Shown: piece after piece, positions 9,103-17,446 of the stretch
Layout of the letters: every line of letters starts with the position of its first letter
How positions within the stretch are numbered: position 1 is the stretch's first letter
From: Vulcanimicrobiota bacterium
GTDB taxonomy: Bacteria > Vulcanimicrobiota > Xenobia > Xenobiales > JADMJV01
Assembly: GCA_050250895.1 (NCBI GenBank)
Contig: JBFWNU010000001.1
Location: 224,001-288,000, forward strand
Length of the DNA stretch: 64,000 nt
Direction: 5' to 3'
The notes under the pieces: generated by a model
The model's database searches: none
Told to the model about the DNA's origin: nothing
The model's input: only the letters and a program-made list of their open reading frames with translations
Translations under genes and position numbers: made by a program

Positions 9103-10293
9103 ATGAATCCCGTGACCGCTGCCGTCCAGAACGGCATGGGGCCGGTGGATTTGTTGCCGGGTCGTCGCCAGGTCGCGACCACAGCAAGTACCACCCAGAG
9201 CCCACCATCACCAGCGGGTGATGTCGTTTCTCTCAGCCGTCCCCCCGAGGGCGATCCCAAGACCATCGAGGTGGTGGTTGATGCCTGGGGCAAGGGCAAG
9301 AACAGTTCCCTTTCGGGGATCTTGCTCAATCAGGGCTATCCGCGTGAAGCGCTGACAGCCCGCGATGCCGAGGGACATACTATGCTCGAGCGGGTGGCTG
9401 CCCAGAACGGGCTGAGAAATCCCGACCTGATCCACCCCGGCCAGAGACTCAAGATACCCATCCGCGCCGAAGCGTCGTCGGAGCCCGAGCACTCGGCCAG
9501 TTCGACCAGGGTGACCGTCGACCCCTGGGGTAAAGGTCCCAACAGCAGCCTGGAAGGCATTCTGAAGGGACAGGGCTACAGCCCCGCCGAGATCTATGCC
9601 AGGGACGACCAGGGCAAAACGATGATCGATCGGGTGGCCGCCGCCAATGGTCTGACCAGGCCTGACCGCATTCGGGCCGGGCAGCAGATCGAAGTGCCTG
9701 GCCGCCAGCCGGCCGCAACCGAGGCTCCCAAGCCCGCCGAACCGCCTCGAGAGCCCGAGACCGAACGGCCCGTCGAGCCGCCCCAAGAACCAGAACCGCC
9801 GGCAGCACCAGAACGGCCCAAAGAGCCAGAGCTGCCCAAAGGGCCCGAGATCTCGAGGCCAACAGAACCGGCTGGCAACGGCCGGGCCACGCTGGAGATG
9901 AGTCTAATGCTCGACGGGGCCCGAGAAGGCACTTTCAATCGCAACGAATTTCAGGCACTCAACGCCTTTGCCAACCGCTACGAAGAGACTCGTGCCGAAT
10001 ACTCCAGCGACGGCTTCACCCCCGACGAGCTGCGCAACCTCGGCCAGCTAGAAAAGCAGTACGGCGACCTCTACGTGCGCTTCCAGGACCATGATCGCTC
10101 TGACATCAACTTCTCGGCCCAGCACACCGACGACCCCAGGGTGCAGGTGCGTATGCGCCATCTCGAGGAGAGCGGCGTCCTCTTTGACGGTTTCAAGGCC
10201 GGCAGCACCGACTACGAACAAGCCCTCGAGGTCTTGATGCGCCAGCGCCAGCAGGCGCGCAACCTCGGCCTGCCTCAAGAGAAAGAAGAATAA
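9103..10293 (+). CDS. protein with two insertion-bearing LysM-like repeats, a Pro/Glu linker and a helical C-domain
   Basis: Two copies of VxVDxWGKGxNSSLxGILxxQGY...RVAAxNGLxxPDxIxxGQxxxxP. Start codon uncertain. Confidence 0.8.
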   Translation: MNPVTAAVQNGMGPVDLLPGRRQVATTASTTQSPPSPAGDVVSLSRPPEGDPKTIEVVVDAWGKGKNSSLSGILLNQGYPREALTARDAEGHTMLERVAAQNGLRNPDLIHPGQRLKIPIRAEASSEPEHSASSTRVTVDPWGKGPNSSLEGILKGQGYSPAEIYARDDQGKTMIDRVAAANGLTRPDRIRAGQQIEVPGRQPAATEAPKPAEPPREPETERPVEPPQEPEPPAAPERPKEPELPKGPEISRPTEPAGNGRATLEMSLMLDGAREGTFNRNEFQALNAFANRYEETRAEYSSDGFTPDELRNLGQLEKQYGDLYVRFQDHDRSDINFSAQHTDDPRVQVRMRHLEESGVLFDGFKAGSTDYEQALEVLMRQRQQARNLGLPQEKEE

Positions 10294-10296
10294 CCC

Positions 10297-12210
10297 ATGG
10301 TGATCACACAGACTCAAAACACGCGTTATCTCGCCCCCCCGCGGGGCAAGACCACCAGAAAGGGGGCCACCGAACCGCAAGATGCCTTCGCGCCCTCTAG
10401 CCTCCAGGCGCCCGAGCCGACTCTGAACCCGCAACAGCCTCAGTTGTCAGGATGGCGCAAGACAGTCCTGGCCGTAGCCCTGGCCACCAGCGCGCTGACA
10501 GGAATCGCCGGCAACGCCATGGCCGCGCCCATGGCGGTGTTAAACCAGGATACCCAGCAACAGCAGGTCGACCTGCCGGTGGTGATCATTCCCGAGGGCA
10601 CCCCGCGCCTGGACGTGATTCGCGAGGTGCATCAGTTCAATACCTCGGGCGGCACCCATGAAACCCGCACCGACTACTCGCCGGTCGGGGTCCACCTGGG
10701 CGGCGGCCTGGTGCATGACGCCAACGGCAACCTCACCATGATACCCAGCCTGGCCCACGACTGGAATCTGACCATCGACAACTTCGAGATGGTCAACCTC
10801 CAGAATCGCACGGTCAGCCGCTTCGGCCACACCGTCCACTACAGCCCCTCAGCGAGCAAGCGCTTCGTCTTTACCGAGCACGACCACTCGGTCGACATTC
10901 AGTCGACCCGCGGTCGTACCACCATCGAAAAAAACGAGCAGGGGCAAATTCATGTCCTGGGACCCGACGGTCTCGACTACACGATTACCCCGCAGGGGTC
11001 CAGCTTCGCCATCTTTTCGGCGGGCCAGAACCTGTCGGTACTGCGGGTGGCCGGCGAGATTCGCGTGACCGATGCCGAGGGGCGAGTCACCGGTGGATCA
11101 TCCCTCAGCGATGCCGGACTGGAAGTGGTGGCCCAGACCGGTCGCGCCAAGGTGACCCGGTCGGCCGGCGGGGTCATCACCGAGGTCGACGGCTCGCGCG
11201 GGTGGAGTGACTACAAGTTGATTCGTGACGGCGATGTCATGCTGATCCAGAAACCGGGTCGAGATCAGCGGGTCGAGATCAACCCCGAAGAGCCGCTGCG
11301 CCAGGCCCGGGCGCGCTTCGACCAACTGGCCGCCCAACTCGAAGCCCGTGATCCCGGCTATGCCCAACGGCATCCCGTCATCATGTCGCTGCTCGAGTAT
11401 GCCGCCGCCAATCCGGCGCTACTGGTCGATGAGGACGGCTCCGGGTTGCTCGAGGCCGGCACCCGAGTGGCCACCGTGGGCACGTTGGTCGAGACGGGCG
11501 TGGCTCTGACCCGCGGAGCGACAGCCCTCAGCCTGGCCGAGAACGCCCAGGCGTTGGGCGCGGCGGCCCTGACCACCAAGGCGGCAGCCGAGGCGGCTGC
11601 CAGCGCCGGTCAGTTGACCCAGGCGGCCGCCCTGGCCAATGAGGCGCGCGAGCTAGGTAGCCGAGCCAAAGAGCTGGGGGCCGAGGCCATGAAGAAGGGC
11701 CAGACGGCCAAGAACGCGGCCGAGGTCGCCCGCATCATGATGGGCGTGGGAGCAGCCCTCGAGATGGTCGACGGTGGGATGGGCTTGAGCCAGGGCAAGT
11801 CTGAAAAGGCTCTCATCGAAGGGGCCGTGGCCGTGGCCCAGGCTCGCATGGACGAACTCTCGTCAGAACTTTCGGGACCCGACCTGGAACGGGCGATGGC
11901 CGACTATACTCACGTCATGCGCGTGCTCGAAGAACTGCAGAAGGAAGCCGGCAAGAAGGTGACGGTGGGCAAGCTGAAGATCGTGTTCGGGGGCGTGATG
12001 CTGGCCTCGGCCATCCTTGGCCCCGAGGCGCCCATGGCCCTGGGCATCATCGGGCTGGCGGGCACCGCCGGAACCACCATCTACGAGCACTGGGATCCCC
12101 TCTACGAGTTCTTCACCGGCGAAAAGTCGCAGGGCCCGCCGGCCTTCCTCGAGGTCGTGCCCGGCGGCGATCAGATCAAAATCTCCCTCGATAACAAGAA
12201 GGGCGGCTAG
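10297..12210 (+). CDS. hypothetical protein, beta-rich middle and Ala-rich amphipathic/hydrophobic helical C-terminus
   Basis: 637 aa ORF starting 3 nt after the LysM gene; internal signal-like segment and a C-terminal hydrophobic hairpin. Confidence 0.75.
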   Translation: MVITQTQNTRYLAPPRGKTTRKGATEPQDAFAPSSLQAPEPTLNPQQPQLSGWRKTVLAVALATSALTGIAGNAMAAPMAVLNQDTQQQQVDLPVVIIPEGTPRLDVIREVHQFNTSGGTHETRTDYSPVGVHLGGGLVHDANGNLTMIPSLAHDWNLTIDNFEMVNLQNRTVSRFGHTVHYSPSASKRFVFTEHDHSVDIQSTRGRTTIEKNEQGQIHVLGPDGLDYTITPQGSSFAIFSAGQNLSVLRVAGEIRVTDAEGRVTGGSSLSDAGLEVVAQTGRAKVTRSAGGVITEVDGSRGWSDYKLIRDGDVMLIQKPGRDQRVEINPEEPLRQARARFDQLAAQLEARDPGYAQRHPVIMSLLEYAAANPALLVDEDGSGLLEAGTRVATVGTLVETGVALTRGATALSLAENAQALGAAALTTKAAAEAAASAGQLTQAAALANEARELGSRAKELGAEAMKKGQTAKNAAEVARIMMGVGAALEMVDGGMGLSQGKSEKALIEGAVAVAQARMDELSSELSGPDLERAMADYTHVMRVLEELQKEAGKKVTVGKLKIVFGGVMLASAILGPEAPMALGIIGLAGTAGTTIYEHWDPLYEFFTGEKSQGPPAFLEVVPGGDQIKISLDNKKGG

Positions 12211-13514
12211 ACCCAGGCGTGATGGGCCGAGAGGCTGGGCTTGAACCGCTTGTCGGCCGGCCTCGGCCCGCGCGAGGTCAGACACACCGGCGCCTCGACC
12301 ACCTCGGCTAAGGCGGCGCAAAGCGACGGGGCGTCGGCCACCGAGGCATAAACCGGCTCGACCGCGCCCAGGGCACGCCCCAGCCGCTCTTGATAGTCGA
12401 GATCGGTGAAGCGACCCAACCTCAACCGATCGCCCTGCAAGAACTCGGGGGCTAGCCGCCGATAGCCCAGGCCCAACTTGCAGCCGGGACCGACCCGATC
12501 GAGGTGGGTCACGGCCAGGCCGTCGATGCCTCCACAGGCATCGACGGCATAGCCCAACAGCATCGTGTCGAGCCAGCCCAGGCGAAAGCCCTCCTGCCAG
12601 GGGCCCCAGCGATTGTGGGGCTCGGGCCAGGCCAGCGCGGGGTCTTCGGTGGGAAAGGGCCCGGCCCCGTGGCGGGTGGCATAGCTGCGCACCACTCCCA
12701 GCCGAAAGCTCTCGCCGCCCCACTCCTTCACCAGTTCGAGACCGTTGGCAAAGGTGCAGGTGGACCAGGTAGTGTGGGGATGAAAGCCCCGCCACTCGTC
12801 AAGTAGCACCCCCTGGGCGCCCTCCAGAATGACGGTGCCTTCGGGCACCACCGACTCCACCAGGGGCGCCAGCCGAGCAGCCAGACCGAGAAACTCGGCG
12901 GCGGCCCGGGAGCTCTCGAGCACGGCCACCTCGGCCGAACCCAGCGGGTGCGAGACGAGCTGCCGGCGCTGGCCCGCGAACTCTTGCCAGTAGCGCTGCT
13001 GAATGCGACAGAGCTTCTGGCGCAAGCTCTCGGGATGGGCCAGGTCGGCGGCCACCACCGCCTCGTCAGGGTGCTCGAGCGAGTGGTGCATGGTCTCGCC
13101 CACCCCCAGGCCGCACGAGCCGTGCCGGTCCTCTCCGCGCAGCACCTCGCGCAGCCGGTTGGCGGCCTGATGAAAGGGAGTGATGAGCCGGGCCCGGGGA
13201 TCGATGCTCACCCGCTCGAGGGCGTCAGGCACCCCTTTGCCGGCCAGCACCCGGCCCTCTTCCAGCAGGCCGCTGGGATGCACCACCATAAAACGCGACA
13301 GATAGGTGCGCACCCCGGCCACGAAGCTGCCGGCTCCCAGTTGAGAAAAGGTGTGAAAGCGCCCGTCTTCGAGCGCCACCGTGTGGCCCGCCTGGGCTCC
13401 ACCGTTATAGCGAACCACCAGGCGAGCTCCCAGGCGACGCACCAGGGCATCGGTTACCGTACCCTTGCCGGAATCGCCGAACCCGAGATCGGCCACGATG
13501 ATGCCTCTTACCAT
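12207..13514 (-). CDS. adenylosuccinate synthetase-like protein (divergent PurA paralogue)
   Basis: DLGFGDSGKG, NGGAQAGHT, HGSCGLGVGET, EGAQGVLLD, TRHGAGPFPTE and GWLD; lacks the TTGRxR loop. Confidence 0.9.
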   Translation of the reverse strand: MVRGIIVADLGFGDSGKGTVTDALVRRLGARLVVRYNGGAQAGHTVALEDGRFHTFSQLGAGSFVAGVRTYLSRFMVVHPSGLLEEGRVLAGKGVPDALERVSIDPRARLITPFHQAANRLREVLRGEDRHGSCGLGVGETMHHSLEHPDEAVVAADLAHPESLRQKLCRIQQRYWQEFAGQRRQLVSHPLGSAEVAVLESSRAAAEFLGLAARLAPLVESVVPEGTVILEGAQGVLLDEWRGFHPHTTWSTCTFANGLELVKEWGGESFRLGVVRSYATRHGAGPFPTEDPALAWPEPHNRWGPWQEGFRLGWLDTMLLGYAVDACGGIDGLAVTHLDRVGPGCKLGLGYRRLAPEFLQGDRLRLGRFTDLDYQERLGRALGAVEPVYASVADAPSLCAALAEVVEAPVCLTSRGPRPADKRFKPSLSAHHAWV

Positions 13515-14446
13515 GGCGCCACCGCCGTTACCGGCACCCGACCGGCGCCGTCCTTGTCGAGGGTGGCCGCGAATGGGCTCAGGGCTCGCACAATCCCGCC
13601 GATCTGCTTGGAGGCCAGTCCCTTTCGCTTGAGCCTGGCGGCCAACTCGTCGATGTCGGCTACTAAACCCTCGCCCAGGGCCACCAGTCCGGCGGACACA
13701 TGGCAGGTATCGCCAGGATTGTCGAGCACCAGCACATGGTCACCCAGGTGTTTGCGCCAGATCTGTTCCACCGAGGCCCGCCCCGGGTCGGGGATCAGAA
13801 AGAAGGCGTGGTAGCCGGCCGACAGCTCTTTGACTACCTGGCGCAACTGCAGATCGGCCTCGAGATCGACATCCATCAGCGACTTGACGATCGACTTCGA
13901 GGTCTTCTTATAGGGTGGCTCGTCACCGGTCATGAAGAAGTAGCCTCGCTTATTGCGCCGCTCCATCGAGTCGGTGACGGTGTGGCGGGCGGCAAAGTAC
14001 ATGGCCAGGTCGTAAGACTCGCCGCCGTTGCCTCCGCCGCCGCCTTCGAGCCAGGTCCAGGTCAACCAGCGGTCGATGTCTTCGGCCGCCGATTCGAACT
14101 GACCAACCTGTAACGGTCCCTGGTCGCAGAAAGCGTCGCCGACGGCAAGAAAGAGCACCTGGGGGTCGGCCACGCCGGCATCGAGCAGGCCCTGCATGAA
14201 GCCCGGCAGCTCCTTCTTGGCTAGCAGTTCGGGAATGGCCCCCATGGAGCCGGTCACGTCCAGGGCAAAGATGATGGGCAGCGAGTTGGGATGGTCGGCG
14301 CTGTCGCGGCTTTCGCGCAGACGAACTCCGTGGGGATTCATCAGCGGGTGCACCTCGCGCTGGCGAAAGACTTCTTCGCGCTTTCGGGTGCTGCGCGTCG
14401 AGACCAGCCGCTGGTGGGCAGTGTAGCTATAACTTCCGTATCCCAT
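13508..14446 (-). CDS. vWA (MIDAS) domain protein
   Basis: FALDVTGSMG MIDAS motif, LEGGGGGNGGESY, FMTGDE. Confidence 0.85.
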   Translation of the reverse strand: MGYGSYSYTAHQRLVSTRSTRKREEVFRQREVHPLMNPHGVRLRESRDSADHPNSLPIIFALDVTGSMGAIPELLAKKELPGFMQGLLDAGVADPQVLFLAVGDAFCDQGPLQVGQFESAAEDIDRWLTWTWLEGGGGGNGGESYDLAMYFAARHTVTDSMERRNKRGYFFMTGDEPPYKKTSKSIVKSLMDVDLEADLQLRQVVKELSAGYHAFFLIPDPGRASVEQIWRKHLGDHVLVLDNPGDTCHVSAGLVALGEGLVADIDELAARLKRKGLASKQIGGIVRALSPFAATLDKDGAGRVPVTAVAPW

Positions 14447-14454
14447 GTTTCCTC

Positions 14455-15291
14455 CTAAGGCTTGTTCACCCGGGGTAGGGCGAACGGTCGATAGCGCGGC
14501 GGGCCGAAAGCCGCCGCGGCAACATCTTTCAGGGCCGCTCGCAGTTGGCGAGGGCAGTCAAAATGGTGAGCGTCGTGAGCCAGCTGGACCAGAGCTCTGG
14601 GGGCCTTGCGCCCGAGCAGAGCGGCGATACACTGGCCACTACGAGCCAGGTCGTTGCCTGGGCCAAGCTCGGCCCGACCCCAGCCGCAGAAGGCCACCCC
14701 GTGATCGCGGGGATGGAGAAGCAAGTGTTCGGGGCGCAGGTCGTTGTGGCTATAGCCAAGCTCGTCGAGGCAGCTGAGCTGATCGAGGATGCGATTCCAC
14801 ATCCAGACGGTAGCGGCCGGATCGACCCCCTCCGAGTACTGCTGGCGAGCCTGGGCGGCGGTGTAGACAAAACCGCTGCGCCAGCGCGTCACCAGCGTCA
14901 GTCGGCCCCGGGCCTGAGCCAGTTGCAGCGGATGAGCCAACAGACAATCCAGATAATCGCTGCGACCGTGCAGATGCCGCAGGGTGGCCCATTCTCGCTC
15001 GAGCACCTCAGCCTTGCCGGGCTCGGCAACTTTAAGCACCACCTGTTCGGTGGCGGCCTGGGCCCGCCGGGCCAGCAGCACACGCGCGTTCTCGCCCTGA
15101 GCCAGTTGCCCCAACACACAGTAAGGCGTGTCGCCGACTTCGACGGTGAACAGGCCCTGGGGAAGAATCTCGGGGCGGGTTCGGGCCTGGGGACGAACGG
15201 GAGCCTCCGCGAGCTGCGAGTCGCAGTAGGCGCAGACCACCTCGTCTTGGCGCGGGGCACCGCAGTTCGGACATCGTCTTGCTATCAACAT
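14455..15291 (-). CDS. zinc-ribbon + degenerate protein kinase-like protein
   Basis: CPNCG...CAYC ribbon; VVLK, E, HNDLRPEHLLL; DFG replaced by CGW. Start uncertain. Confidence 0.8.
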   Translation of the reverse strand: MLIARRCPNCGAPRQDEVVCAYCDSQLAEAPVRPQARTRPEILPQGLFTVEVGDTPYCVLGQLAQGENARVLLARRAQAATEQVVLKVAEPGKAEVLEREWATLRHLHGRSDYLDCLLAHPLQLAQARGRLTLVTRWRSGFVYTAAQARQQYSEGVDPAATVWMWNRILDQLSCLDELGYSHNDLRPEHLLLHPRDHGVAFCGWGRAELGPGNDLARSGQCIAALLGRKAPRALVQLAHDAHHFDCPRQLRAALKDVAAAAFGPPRYRPFALPRVNKP

Positions 15292-15401
15292 TGTGCTCAC
15301 AATGAGCATTATAGCTCCGACCTGGCGCCCTGTCAAATTTATACTCAAAGTTAGCAAAAATTCTTTCAGAAACCTTTTAGCCAGATGGTCTAGACTGCGG
15401 T

Positions 15402-17240
15402 ATGGTCATCCGTCCCGGGCTTCCCATTCCTCAAGCCTACCGAGCAACCACAGCTCGGACGGCCGCTGTCGAGGCACCCGACCGGGTCGAACTGTCGACC
15501 ACTCCCCCTTCCTTGAAAGGCCTGCTGCTGGCCGGCCTGACCCCGGCTACCGGTATCCCCCTGGCCGGCACGCCCGTCTCGCTTGACTTTGCGACCCTGC
15601 ACTGGCCCGAAGCCGCCCGCCGAGAAGTGCGAGGGCACCTCGAGAGTCTCTCGCTCAGCGGCCGAGCCACCCCCACCGAATTGGCTCAAGCCGAACTGGC
15701 CAGAGCCCAGCAACTAGAGCCCCGCGTTACAACCGCCGACCTGGCCACCGCTATCGAGCGAGCCGCTCAGGCCACCGAGCTCAAACCCAATCAACACCAG
15801 GCGCTGTTCGGCTTCAGCCGCCTGATCGACGCCAAGTTCCACCTCAGTCCCGCCCTCATCGACAAGCTGGCCGGTAGCTGCGACCAGACCGCCTTGACCC
15901 GGATGATCGACGGCGGACCTGACGACGGAGCGCCGGTCTGGGCGCATCCGCGCAGCCCCGAAGAGTTGGTGGCCAGCCTGGTACGCCATCTGGTAGTGGG
16001 CCAGGGCTCGTCGCTGCAGCTCGGCCTCGACCACGGGCTGGCCGAATGGCTGGAGCAACACTTCGACGACTCCTCTCCCCTAACCCAGGCGGTGGGTGGG
16101 GCCGGCGCTTTCTGCGCCAACCTCTCGGCCGCCCTGCCCGAGGTGAACGGATGCTTCTTCGCTCCCGGCAAGCTGTCGAACCGATTAGCCCAGAGATTCT
16201 CGCCAGAACTCCAGGCAGTGGATGAAAGCGGCCGAGCCTCTGGGCCCGACGGTCAGATCGACCCCGGCCTCAAAGAGCGGGTAAACTACGTGGCCGAATA
16301 CCGCCAGGGCGAGAGCTTCGAACTCTTTGGTAACCAGCAGCTCAGCCTCAACGGGCAGGTGCGCGACCTGCAGGTCAGCGGAACCTCGCGAGTCATCCTG
16401 GGCACTCCCACCAACCTCAATCCAGATTTCGGCCACACCAGCGACAGCGTAGCCCGGCAGTTGGCCGCTGAAAACGATGTCTTCTTCGTCTCGGGGGCCC
16501 ACTACCTGACCAAACGGCCAGAAGCCGAAGCCGAAGAGTTCGCGGCCCGACTGCTGGCCATGAAAGACGAGAATCCCGAACTGGTGCGCCACAACCAGTA
16601 TGTGGTTCCCAAAGACCCGGCCACCGAAGCCCAGCTCTATCGCCACCTGCACGGGGCCTTCGACTCGATGTCGCTCAATGCGGTGGAAATGGCCGGAGTG
16701 CTGGGTCGCCTGGCCGACGACGGGCAGACCGACTGGAATGGCGAGCGATTTCCCGACCCGACCACGGCCGAAAGCCTGAAGTTTCAGCTCGACTCGGCTT
16801 TAGAACTGAAGTCGGCTCTCGACTTGCAGCGTCTGCATGTGCACAGCTACAGTGGCGACCTGCTGGTTCTACAAGGCCGGCAAGCTCCTGATCGACAGCG
16901 CCTGGCCCTCTTGCGGGCCCGCCAGGTGGCCGCCATGAAGACCGCTAACGACAACGGAGAGATTCGCTCTCCGAGTGACCTCTGGCCCATCTTGCCGATG
17001 GTGGACGCGCGTGGACTGGCGGGCCTCTATCGCTTCGCCGACGCCATCAGCGAGCGCTTCGGGCTCGATGCCGACCAGCACGCTGCGGTGGTGAAAGACT
17101 GGCACTATCACGATGCAGCCAGCCAGACGACCTTCTTGTTCTCGCCGGCCCGAGCCCTGCACGACAAAACAGGGGGCACCGTCAGTCTGGGCGATACCAT
17201 CGACTATACGGCCCTGGCTCACGGATACACACCGGCATAG
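15402..17240 (+). CDS. ADP-dependent glucokinase/phosphofructokinase family protein with N-terminal extension
   Basis: VGGAGAFCANL, VNYVAEY, SGAHYL, SMSLNAVEM, RLHVHS and TVSLGDTI match ADP-PFK/GK motifs. Confidence 0.75.
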   Translation: MVIRPGLPIPQAYRATTARTAAVEAPDRVELSTTPPSLKGLLLAGLTPATGIPLAGTPVSLDFATLHWPEAARREVRGHLESLSLSGRATPTELAQAELARAQQLEPRVTTADLATAIERAAQATELKPNQHQALFGFSRLIDAKFHLSPALIDKLAGSCDQTALTRMIDGGPDDGAPVWAHPRSPEELVASLVRHLVVGQGSSLQLGLDHGLAEWLEQHFDDSSPLTQAVGGAGAFCANLSAALPEVNGCFFAPGKLSNRLAQRFSPELQAVDESGRASGPDGQIDPGLKERVNYVAEYRQGESFELFGNQQLSLNGQVRDLQVSGTSRVILGTPTNLNPDFGHTSDSVARQLAAENDVFFVSGAHYLTKRPEAEAEEFAARLLAMKDENPELVRHNQYVVPKDPATEAQLYRHLHGAFDSMSLNAVEMAGVLGRLADDGQTDWNGERFPDPTTAESLKFQLDSALELKSALDLQRLHVHSYSGDLLVLQGRQAPDRQRLALLRARQVAAMKTANDNGEIRSPSDLWPILPMVDARGLAGLYRFADAISERFGLDADQHAAVVKDWHYHDAASQTTFLFSPARALHDKTGGTVSLGDTIDYTALAHGYTPA

Positions 17241-17329
17241 AGTTGCAACAAATTTGTAATATCTAGCCATGGAAGTTCAAACCAGAATTCCACCTCGCCC
17301 CCCTAAACTAAGTGGGCAGGAGGTCATCA

Positions 17330-17446
17330 ATGAAGTATCTCGCTACCGTTTTGCTCAGCCTACGCTTGAGGCTGGATCCCCCCACCCCATCCGCCCCCGT
17401 CAGTGACGACGACGATAGCTTTCTGGGTATCGCGCTGCGCGACTAG
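17330..17446 (+). CDS. small protein, 38 aa (MKYLATVLLSLRLRLDPPTPSAPVSDDDDSFLGIALRD)
   Basis: AGGAGGT ribosome-binding site just upstream of ATG; fills an intergenic gap; below the ORF-track cutoff. Confidence 0.6.
   Translation: MKYLATVLLSLRLRLDPPTPSAPVSDDDDSFLGIALRD

Noticed and set aside
12207-13514. PurZ (2-aminoadenine DNA pathway)
   Set aside because: The P-loop keeps Asp (GDSGKG) rather than the PurZ Ser; no phage, DatZ or MazZ context.
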